From Lama guanicoe (taxonomy: Eukaryota), in assembly GCA_013239625.1 (NCBI GenBank), contig MU054323.1:7987220-8051219 (forward strand): a stretch of 64,000 bases of DNA, read 5' to 3'. A program made the position numbers and the translations under genes. Shown one piece after another: positions 46,401 through 58,700 of this stretch; position 1 is the first letter of the stretch, and the number at the start of each line of letters is the position of its first letter. The notes below the pieces were generated by a model, which saw nothing but the letters and a program-made list of their open reading frames with translations, searched no databases and was not told the DNA's origin.

Positions 46401-49400
46401 TGTGTTTTCCAGCTTATCGGACCTGCTGGCTACATCATGTGGGTCTGGGTGTGGACTTCGGTGAAGTGCAGGAGGCCAGGGCCCTCCCGCCTTGTCACTG
46501 GCAGCTTCTGGGGGTTCATATTGGTTGCATGTCCTCGGTTCTGAAAACTTAAATTCAGGCAGTCCTGTCAGTGGGGACTCCTTCATCCTGCAGAGGTGCA
46601 GATGTAGTGGTAGCTATTGTGTGGCATCGCGTTGTAGGCTGTAGAGAACCATGCAAGAAGAAGTTGATTTTAGAGAGCAGCCGTGCACGTTGAAGTAGGG
46701 TCGTGCTGAGAGCCTCTCTGGCCGGCGGAGGCGGAGGGTGTTCTCCTTCACCGTGTTCTTCCCACTGTCCCGCATCTTCTGTCCACGCTATCCCATTTCA
46801 GTCAGCGTAGGGTGGAGGCATGGAGGCACTCAGACGTGGAGTCTGTTGAATAAACATTTGACTTACTAGTTAACTTTCTTTGCTAGCAGTATTTTAAACT
46901 GTTTCTATTTATTTACTTTTTCCTCCATCACACTTTCAAGTCTTCAAGGGGAGGGTATAGTCAGGGGGGAGGGTATAGCTCAGAGGTAGAGCTCATGCTT
47001 AGCATGCATGAGGTGGTGGGTTCAATACCCAGTACCTTTGTTACAAATAAATAAACACCTAATTACCGCCACCCCCCCGTTTTGTTTTTGTTTTTGAATT
47101 AAGTGTTCAAACACATTGGGAATATATTTCCTGCATACTCCTAAAGCATTCAGGAAGAAATTTTGATCTTTAATGATTATTTTTAAAAAAAATTAGATAC
47201 TCAAATGTTTACTTCTTATGTATATACTAAACATAAATAGAAAACAAAGTTGCAACTTTTTTCAGGCATTTGACTACTGTGACATTGGTTAGATGTCAGC
47301 TTGTTGAATTGGTAATTTTTCCACTCTCTGCGGTGGAGAATTATCCCTTACCAATTTTGTATCCTTTCCTCCCCACACCTAGTAGACTGCTTCCTACATG
47401 CCAGAGACTCCCGTTTGCATGTGTCTGAGGAATAAGTCATCAACACGAAGTTTTACATAATTATATGCTGATATTTTGTTAGAACATCCTTTGAATTTTA
47501 CCTTTGAACAGTTGGGGAATATACTTGAATACCCAACCTATTGTTGTCTTCCTTTGCTTATTTAAGTAATCCGTTTTCCTACTGTAAAGGGATCTGTCAT
47601 GCTTTGGTGCTCAAAACACCTTTACTGATATCTAATACTTACATAACACTTACTGTGGGCTAGGTCCTGCTGGAAGTGCTGCCTGTATATTATTGGTTTA
47701 TCTAATCCTTATGACAGTCCTTTGAGGTAAAGGCTCTGATCCTCATTTTACAGATGAAGAAACTAAGACAGGTTAAGTAACTTGCCCAAGATTGCATGGC
47801 TAGTATGTGCATTAGTAATGGTATCAAGGGTAAAACAGCTAGACTCTTACTAGTTGAGAGGGATGAAGGAAATTGAGGTCATTGTGTGAATGCACACAGT
47901 GTGCTTATTACTGATCTGCTTATAGAAGGTGAGTACTTGTAAGCAATATAAAATTTTCTGCTGAAACACTGTAATATTACAGAAGTTGATGTGAGTAAAA
48001 AAAATCTGGCTGTGCTTGTCTGTCTTTGCCTCATTCATGTTGTTCTTCCAGTTTTTACTCAGATGAGGACATCATAAATAGATATGTTCTCCAGGTTGTT
48101 TTGTACTATTAATTTTCATTTGAGAAATATTGTTCTACTTGCTAGCATGCAAGGATTAACTCTGAGTATCTTCTTTCATTTCTTAACAGTACAGTGCTCT
48201 GGATACCAATCCACTCTCTCTGTATATCATGCATCCATTTTGGAACACTGTAGTAAAGGTAAGAATATTAATAAGCATGCACTTATGTTTTAGTAAGTTT
48301 GAAGTATTTTAAACTGTTTTACGGAATATTACAAGGCAGCTGTCAGTACAGTGAGACATTTAGAGAATACCTCTACCAGCCTCCTTTCCCTTTGTCACAA
48401 ACTGAGGATTTATCTTCGTTGAAGTGTAAGTTTATGCTCCAGAATCTATCATATTTATAAAATGCTTTTTAAACTTTTCTAAAATAAACATAATGTTATG
48501 ATTATAAAAGTCTGTTGATTATAGAATTATTTAAAATATAGAAAATAGAGATGCTTATTTCTATTAACTGGAGATTATGGTTTACAGTTTAAAATACATA
48601 ACTCCTGTAGATCCTTCGAATTTATAGCTTTTATTATGACAGATTTGCATATTATGGTATGTAGTGGACAGAGAGATTTCTATACTTTAATTATTTTGTA
48701 ATTATTTTGAAAAAAAACTAGGTATTTCCTACTTGGCTGGCTCCAAATCTGATAACCTTTTCTGGCTTTCTGCTGGTTGTGTTCAATTTTCTACTTATGG
48801 CATACTTTGATCCTGACTTTTATGCTTCAGGTAAGATTATTACTTTCATATAAAATTTAAATAGTGTCCAAATAGAGAAAAGTGAGATATGGCTAATTTC
48901 TGGTTCTCTTAAGATATTTGCATTTCTGAAAAGTTTTAGATATTTTAAGGGTATGTAAAATGTTCGAATTGGGTGGAAGAGCTAAGTTGTGTTTTCACAG
49001 TCTGTCATGTATGTTTCTGTTAAGTTCTAGAAGCCAACTTGGCTATTGAATTTAGATATGCTGTCTAAAAAGCAGTGAGGTTTTGGTAAATAAAGAGTAA
49101 TTGGATTTATAAGACGACAGAAAATTAGGACTGAAATTTTTCCTGAAAATGAATATAAGCAGGGCCCAACATACCTACCAATTCCAGAAATATCCCTTCC
49201 CTCTTTCTAGTTATGGAATAAAAATCATCTTTTTCTAAGGGGAGTATGATATCTCTTTCCCTCAGCTCCAGCATCCATACTTGCCTTTAATAACTTCAAG
49301 TTTCCTCTGAAAATGGTTGTTAGATCTTTAAATATTTATTGACAGAAGTCTGGACCCTTACTGAGGAAGAGAGGAAAAATGCATTTTTGGGGCAGTTTTC

Positions 49401-52400
49401 AGCCTCGAACTCCAGTTTCTTCTTTCCCACCTATTCCTGTCTTCACTTCCTCCACACCCAGCTTCTGCCCTGGCCATGGAAGAGAATCTGGGGTGTATTC
49501 AGGATGAGGCGGAATATGTGGGAGACACAGTTTGCTTCCATCGCTCAGCCAGTTGATGGAATTGAAAGGAATAGAAAGAAAGACAGAGGTAGATGAGTAT
49601 TTTTTGCATTCTAAGTTAGAGGATATATTTTCCAATAAGTGTACTTGTAAATGTTGTAGTCAGGAGTTTTTGTACTATAATTCATCTCTGTTATGAGTTC
49701 AGCAGACTTTCTGCACTGACCTAGAAAAATTAACAATCACTGGCAGCATTGTTTTTGTAGGAAAATTCGGAGTTTCAAACACTTAGGGATTTGTGATATT
49801 ATAGAAATTCTGAATATTGAAATTATACATATGCTTAACTTTATCAACTGAAAATATTAGCCATAGCTTCTGTACATGTAATAAAATGGTAATTGAAGAT
49901 CATGAGTACCAAATGAATAATAAATAAGATTAAATTTCCTTAAGTATGATCTTGATACTGTTTTTTAAGAAAATTTTGTATTTTAATCCTCAGGATATCC
50001 TCAAAAGTTTATCTTTGTAACTAGAAATATTATTTTCCCTGACTAAATAAGATTATTTACTTAGTTATTAAGAGAGCTAAAAGTATGTAAATGTTACTAT
50101 GTTTCCCAAGTCATTCAACTTGAGGATCATATGAACCATCTAGTTCCACTGTATTTGGGAAATGGTTCGATCATATACTCAAGGTCACAATATTGGTTGA
50201 TGACAGAGCCCAGGACTAGACCCCAGACCTCCTGAATCTTAGTTGTTCTATCTTAGGGGACAAAAGTGAGGTCCAGACATTTCAGAATGATTCTGATGCC
50301 AAAGTCATCCAGTTAAGGTAATCTGTCTATACCCAAATCAAAAGGTCTTTTGTTATCTAATTAACAATATAGTGACAGTTTAGGTTGAAGACTTAATACA
50401 TGCTTATAGTATAATTATAAACAACAAAGATCAAACACAAGCTTTTTTCTTAATTGACGTATGCTCAGTTTACAATGTTGTGTCTATTTCTGGTGTGCAG
50501 CGTAATGTTTCAGTCATACATGTACATACATATATTCCTTTTCATATTCTTTTTCATTATAGGTTACTACAAGATAATGAATATAGTTCACTCAGTAGAA
50601 ACTTGTTGTTTATCTATTTTATATATAATAATCAGTATCTGTAAATCTCAGACTCCCAATTTATCCCTTCCTCCCCCGCCACTTTGTTTTCTATGTCTGT
50701 GAACCTCTTTCTGTGTTGTAAATAAGTTCATTTGAAACACAAGCGTTTTTAAAATTCCAGAAACATTATTTTTCATTCTAGGTGCATAAGTAATTTTTAA
50801 GTACAGATGAACAGTCTTGGGTTATGATTAAAGCTCAAAATAAATACCTGTTACTTATGAAGGGTTGGGCATTTCTTTGGTTTTGTCAGTTTGTTGATAT
50901 ATCTTAATATTTACCTAGTTCCGCATTCAAGATATATTGTAAAGTACTTCAACTTCTATTTAATAAATAGAAACATTTCTCACTGACAGTATATACATGA
51001 TAAGAACAGTTGTGCTTAGACTGCATTAAAATCTGAGTTGCTTTTCCTTACAGCACCAGGTCACAAGCACGTACCTGATTGGGTTTGGATTGTAGTAGGC
51101 ATCCTAAACTTCACAGCCTACACTCTAGGTAAGAAATTGCGAATACTCATTTTAGCCAATGGCTGGTAAAACTGTCAGGAAGGATAGCCACCTACTAAAT
51201 TAACATTTTTCTCCTATGCTTAATTCATTTTAACTAGGGTTTATTAATATCCTTTCTAATTTGATAAATATGTTTTTGAGTTTCTCTGTGAAAAATACTG
51301 TCATTTGCTAGGATTTCAAAGAATAAGATAAGAATTGGCTAACTACCACTTGTGGGCCAAATCTGACCAGTTGCTGGGTTTTGTAAGTGACGTTTTAGTG
51401 AAACACAGCTCTGCTCATCCTTTACATGTCTGTGCTGCTTTTCTGCAACAAAGACACCATTGAATAGTTGCAACAGAGACCATTTGGTCCACAGTGCCAA
51501 TTCTCTGAAGGGTATGCTTTTCTGTCTTGGTGTTTTTGCTGATAGCACTGCTTCCTCTTGAAGTGGCAGACTCCTTTACCTCCTGTCTACTGAAATCCAA
51601 CCCATTCTTTATGTCCCCACTCAGATTTCATCTTGTCTGGAAAGCCAGTCTGGTTTCTCTTAGCCTGAAGAGAACTCATCCCTTTTCTGTGTTCTTCTGT
51701 GGTTTGTGATATATCATATCTTTAATGTCATGTTTTGCCTCCTTTCTCGATTTTAAACACTTTTGAGGGCACAAACTTACTGTGAACTATTTGTTGTAAA
51801 ACCTGCCTTGAAGTAACAATTTATAATCTTCATTTATTCTACTAGTCTATTAGAACTACTAGACTAGTTTATTCTACTAGTTTATTCTAGTTTAAACTAC
51901 TAGAAGTTTATTCTAAGATTTTTATGATCTTCACAGCATCAAGAATAGTGCATTGCACAGTTTCAATAAATTTAATTCTTACAATTACTCAACATACATT
52001 ATGCAATATATATATTTACTCAAAGCCATTTCTGAAAGCACTTAAAATTGTGGAGATCGTACATCTGTAAAGAAGTGACTGTGATAGCAAGCAAGATGAA
52101 ACAGGTGTTATGATTGAAGCAAGGAGTGGTTAGATAAATTATCATGAACGACTACTGAATGTTCTCTGGAGGCTTAAGAATTTGTGGCTTGTGGGACAGC
52201 TCAGTTGTTAGGCATATTTGGAGGAATTCAGAGTCTAGCTAGAGAGCTTCTTCCCCAGATCTAAAATAGACACCATTCGGTATAATCTAACATATTTTTA
52301 GATTAAACTTTGAGAAACTACAGATTTTATTTCTGATATCTTTGCACTGTAGGAATTAAAGGTTGGATTTTCATCGTCCTGGCTGGTAGTTATAGTTTAG

Positions 52401-55400
52401 TTAATTAACATTCCTGTGATACGCTGATATGTTTTATTTTGTTTCTCTCCATTTTTAAAGAAGACTTTCTCCCTACTGGTGCAGATGTTGACCTTTTCCT
52501 GTGGTAATGTGTTCTTATCGCAGATGGCGTGGACGGAAAGCAAGCCCGCAGAACCAATTCCAGCACCCCGTTAGGGGAGCTTTTTGACCATGGCCTGGAT
52601 AGTTGGTCATGTGTTTACTTTGTTGTAACTGTGTATTCCATTTTTGGACGAGGATCATCTGGTGTCAGTGTTTTTGTTCTTTATCTCCTGCTATGGGTAG
52701 TTTTATTTTCTTTCATCCTGTCCCACTGGGAAAAGTATAACACAGGGATTCTTTTCCTGCCATGGGGATATGACATTAGCCAGGTGGTAAGTATGTGTTC
52801 TTCGTTAAATTTTCAACATTGTCGTGGAGTTTTGGGAAAGTTTTTGTCATTCCTTCTTTATTGACCTGATGCTGTTTTTGGTTAGAACTGATGGGTGCTT
52901 TAAAAATGTTTCCTTTTCATTTTATAGTATGTTTAGGTATTTATGGAAAATTTTAAACATGTACCACAGTAGAGAGAACAGTGTAGTGAACCCTTTTGTC
53001 CCTATTACTTGACTTCAGCAGTTAACACGTGGCCAGTCTAGTTTCACGTATACTCTTCCTCACCCTCCTCCCAATCATTTTAAAGGAAAATTCTGACATT
53101 ATGTCATAAATATTTTACTCTATATCTCTAAATGTAAGAACTCACTTTAAAAAACATAATCACAGTGTCATTATTATGCCAAAAACTGAAGTTTCTTAAT
53201 ATTCATTTGAACTGTTGATCTCATAAAGAAAGTTATGCACATATAATTAAATTGTTGGTTTTTTGTCTTCATTGCCAACTTTTCAGTGAGTAGAGAGATT
53301 TGTTTTCTCTTACTTATAGGCTTGCTATTAACTCCCCCCGCCTTTGAGTCCCAGCTTTTTGTGTTGCCATTTTGCCCGTCTGCACCTAAAGCTATAGTAA
53401 AGGATCAGAAGTTGGGAGTGTGTTTGAAGAAAGTGGGTGGGCAAATTGGATCATCTTATGGCTTAACCAATTCATGAGGTGCCTTAAAATGTTCCTAATG
53501 ATAGCCAGCTGCTTGCACTGTCTAGAAGTTAGTTATTTTATGGCGTTGTTGGCTGAAAAAAAAAATTTTAAAGGCAAGAAGACTTGCCACAGTATCAAAT
53601 TTAAGCATACTTATTGCTTTTACTAAAACTGTGTACTAGATTTTTGCTGTGTAAAGCATCATTGACTCCCTGATCTTTCCAGCTGTTAATGCTTTGTATG
53701 CTTTTGTCTGCATTTCCCTTCCAGACTATTTCTTTTGTCTACATAGTGACTGCGATTGTGGGAGTTGAGGCCTGGTATGAACCTTTCCTGTTTAATTTCT
53801 TATATAGAGACCTATTCACTGCAATGATTATTGGTAAGAAGCTCCATGTTGAAGCCTGTTTTAACATCACTTTGTTATCAAAGCCAGTGTTTGATTATAA
53901 CAAGCAACAACACTCCCCCCACCACCTCCAGCAAGCAGAGCAACCCTGCAGTCCTGTAAGGTTTCAACCAAACATTAAGGAAAAAAAGTTTCCTTGGTTT
54001 TTTTTTTTTTTTTTCATTCAGTACCAAGCTGTTTCTAATTGGAAGGAAATACCAAAATAGATCACTCAAATTTTGTGAGCTAACTATTCAAACTAATCTA
54101 GACTGTATTGTAAGATCCACATTTAGGTGGACATTTAGTATAGATTTCATAGTTATCTCAAAATTTGAAGATTATTAGTGTGAGAAAATAGTGATGAAAC
54201 ACAGATTACTTTATAATACATCCACTTCAAAAACTGAGCTTCTGTTCTGCTCAGATACCCTTTTTCTTAAGCCTCTGAATGCTAGGTAAAGGTTTTTGAT
54301 CATGGTGATTTTTCCCTTTTGATTTTAGCCAGAGGGGATATGTACAGGATGACTGAGTAGGGGAGAGTGTGTTTTCTATGGAAAGAGGCAAAGAGGAAGA
54401 GGAAGCTGGGTTGTTATTTTGGGGCACTAGGAATGGCACTAGGATCTTTGCAGAGTGAAGAAAAAAAAAACAAAACTTGATGTCTGTTGCTCCGTTCCCT
54501 TATCTCTAAAATAATCCTCCCTCTTTCTATCGATGAACCTCAGTTATAGAGTGAGAACTGAAAGAGTTGAGAAGATGGTGCATTAGGCACTGGCTTTCGG
54601 CAAAGAAGTAGTTTGGGTCTTTTTCTGTGGGCCTGGACCACAGATATTTCAGGAACCCCACTGTAATCTACCAGATATTCATTTTTGGGTGCTTGTGGTT
54701 TCTTTACCTTGAAAAATAGCTAGTTTTTCATCTCCCACCATGCGTGAATCTTGTGATTTATGCAGCTTGTCCTATGACAGATTTGCTGCATTTTTACATT
54801 TGAATGTTAAAGATAAAATGGAATCCTCTGATACATGAGATTTATCTTTGAATGTTAAATGGGTGCTGTAATAGGAATATTGCTATCTTTGTAATTTATA
54901 AATTTTTGGCAACAGTACTTACTAGGCAATGATACTTCTTGCTGCATCACATTAGGAGGCACACAGTATCTAGTTGTCTTTCTTTTCATGGTGTCAATAG
55001 CGATCAGAGCGTTAAGGTACTGTATGTCTGTTTCATCTGATACAAAGTTCTGCCTCAACTCTTCAACTAATGGTATTAACACACACTGATGATCATTGCT
55101 TAGGAATCTGTTCATTCAGTGGATAGCCAGGGGAATAAAGTTTGTTTTTTGATAAAATACCTCATTATTTCATACTGATAATCCCAAATCAAATTTGATG
55201 ATACAGATTTTTTGCTTAACCTCATGGATCTTACATTTGTATTTCCTTTAAACTCTGGCAAAAGTCTTTGCTTTCAATGACACAAAATAATTATTCGTTT
55301 GCTTTGTTCCATGGAACACCCATAACAATCTGAGAACACTATATAGTATCAAAATCAGCAAAATATGATTACTGAAAATTGTTTAAGATTTTGGTTTTTT

Positions 55401-55764
55401 TGGAGTTCCATTTGTTCTTATGGTTCATCCTGCTAGAGATGCCCGGTCAGGTTATTACATTCTAAAGTCACCATTCTCTGGTTATGCCACCAGCTGTGGA
55501 TATGTACATTTAAGTTAGTTTCATTTTATGTTTGATTTTGGGGGTTACTTTTTCTTGTAAAATTTATTTTTCCTTTATAATTATGTAACATATTCACATG
55601 ATTACAAAGTCAAGTCTATATCTAAAACAAAGTACATTCAGAGAAATCTAGCTTCCATCATTACCTTCTTAATCTTCTGTTTCCTCATAATAACTCTTCG
55701 TAGTTTTACTTTTTTGGTTTATCTTTTCTTTGTTTCTTTCTTAATGTGTGTGTATATGTGTGTA

Positions 55765-55798
<34 letters not shown>

Positions 55799-58700
55799 GT
55801 TTTTATCACCCCCTTTCATAGGTAAATGGTAGCATACAATACATATTTTACTACACATTTTTTTTTGGTTTTTGTTTTCCCCCACATAATAGTATTCGCT
55901 AGAGATCCCTGCATAGTGATATACAGGGATCTTCCTCATTTCTTCTTACAGCTGCCTGCTACTTCATGTGTGGATGTACCATATTTTATTTGGACATCCT
56001 TCTGTTGATGGACATTTGGGTTATTTCCAGTCTTTTGCTGTTACACAAATGGCTGCAGTAAATCGTCTCGTACATATATATGTCTTTTCATATTTTTGCC
56101 AGGGTATTTTGGTAAAAGACAAATGTATGCAATTTCACTAAGTATTCCCATATTCCCTTCCATGTGGGTTGTCTGATTTTGAATTCCCACCAACCATGCA
56201 TGAAAGTGCTTGTTTATTTAGTTTTACCAACATAGTATATTGTCAAACTTTTGGATTTCTGCCAATGTATAATAGGTAAGAAATGATATATCTGTATAGT
56301 TTTAATTTGCCTTTCCCTTATTAAGAATGAACTTTTCTAGTGTTTTAGAGCCGTTTGTATTTCTTTTTTTCTGTATATCCTGTCTCTAGCCAATTTTTGC
56401 TATAGGATTGCTAACCATTTCCTTTATTTTTAGAAGCTCTTTATATATTAGGCATATTAATCCTTTATTTTTATATAAATGACATTTCCCCCCTTGTTTA
56501 TTGTTTGTCTTTTTTACTTTCCTTAGAGTACTTTTTGTCTTGGTGGTTTTAATTGAAGCTTCTGTTTAATAAATGAGCCTGGAGATGTAAGGAACTGAAA
56601 TATTTTTTTGTGACCATGTTATCCTTTATGTTCATCTCATTCTACTCAACCCTTTTTTTTATGAATTCTAATTTTTCTATAAATGTTAAGTTTCCTATAT
56701 TATGCAGTCTGGACCTTCCTATGGCCAATATGAAAAGTGGGTCTTGCATGTGTGTGGGTTCTATATGCTATTGTTATATACAGCTTAATGGATAAGCATT
56801 TCAGTTAGGAAATACTTTTTACAGAAAGTATATCAAGTGCTATTTGGAGAAGAAATAGAAGATGCAGTGATTCTCTTTGACAGCCTACGTAGAGCTCAGG
56901 CTTTCTACATGCTCACTATACTTAATTAAGATAAAACTATTTCAGGATGTTTCAAACTAAAAATACTCTTGGTACCAAATCTTTTGCAAGTTTCTCTCAG
57001 CCTCGTTCCAGTACCTTGGGGCTATGAGTGATTCTGAGTTAATTCAGTTCACCATGGTTCCCTGCCGGTGTGCCCCAGCTTGGCATGCAATAAGTTGCTA
57101 AAAATTTCTGAGGATGTTGAGGACATCTTGTCTTCTTCCATTCCCTCTAAGATCTTCTACTTGGGAGACTTTGTTCCAGTTGGGCTTGGAAGTAGAAGAG
57201 TAATTCATCTTCTGAGATGAGATTTCCTTTTGGTGGATTCTAGTCTTCATCTGTTTTTAGCAAAATGTCTTAGGAATTGTTTTGAAGGAATGCTCTTCTG
57301 CCTTTGATCCCTAAGGTCACAGCTGTGTTCACCGCCCCTCCTCCCCTGCCAAGCCAAGTTTAGTCACCGGGAGTCCAGAATGGACAAATTAGGGCTAATA
57401 TGATGAGGGACAAGGAAATATCCAAATGACGTTTCCAGAAGGTTGCCACATAGATTGATTTGGAGTTTGAAAGAGAGAAAGATCAGGAATTTACATCTTT
57501 ACAGATCACAGCATCAGAGAATTTTAAAGATGCAGGAGTCACTAGAAAATCACTTAACCCACCGTCCGTGTGCAGCTGTGGAATCTGAAGCTCGGGGAGA
57601 TTGATTTGTCCAAGAGAACATATCTAGATTTTGGAGTCATCTGCAGGTCTTAGAGTTAAAGCTGTGAGAGAAGATATTCTGAGGGAGAGTGGAGCACAGC
57701 CAGACACCCAGTTAGGAATATGCAGGAGGTGGGTTCCCAATAATGGACACCAAATATAGTGGTTGGATGGCTAGCAGGAACTTTGGGAGAATGGAATCAC
57801 AAAGGCCAAGGGAGGAAAGAATTGCAGTGAGTGGATTGTCAGACAGCAGAGTTCTCTTACTTAGAAGTCAGGAATGAAGGAGGATACTGAATTTGATTAT
57901 TAAAGAGTATTATTGATAAACTTTAAGAGTACAGTTTCTGCGGAGGGGAGGCAGAATGAGTAAGGGTCCTCAGGGACTGAAGACAACGGGAAAGTGTGAG
58001 GGGTGAGAGGAAAGAGCAGAGTAAGACAGTAGATGGTGAGGGCAGCAGAGGCAGTGGTAGGGTTTCTTGGGAAGGCCGTCCTTGTTTTTAGGTTTGAAGG
58101 GAAAGAACTGGTGTGTAGGGTAGGGGAGAAATTAAGAATGCTAGAGGTGAAAGTAAGTACAAGTGGGAAGCTGCAGAATCTGTTAATTGTCTCCTTTCCA
58201 ATAACTCAACACTTACTGTGCGATTTGCTGTGTACCAGGTGCTATTCCATGTGTCTTTACTTGTAGTAACTCATTTGATTCTTAAACGTCTATGGGGTTC
58301 ATACTACTATCATCTCTGTTTTATAAAAGAGGAAACTGAGGCACTGAAAGGTTAATTTGTCTGAAGTCACATAACCAGTTGGTGGCACAGCTGAGATTCA
58401 AACCCACTCTGGCTCCTTGAGTCTCTGCTCTGAATCACCAAACTGTACCGCCACTCTTCCCGTTGTAAATGTTGTTCAAAAATGCATTTAATTTCATTAC
58501 AGAGGTAAACCTGAACCTGCAAATTATTGGGTCTAGAAATATTACATATTTTGTATATACTTGATCATTATAAAAATCACCCTTGCATTCATGATAATTT
58601 AAATATTCTTCCCTTTAGGTTGTGCGTTATGCGTGACTCTTCCAATGAGTTTATTAAACTTTTTCAGGTAAATATTTTATTTTTTAATTGGGCAAGAAAT

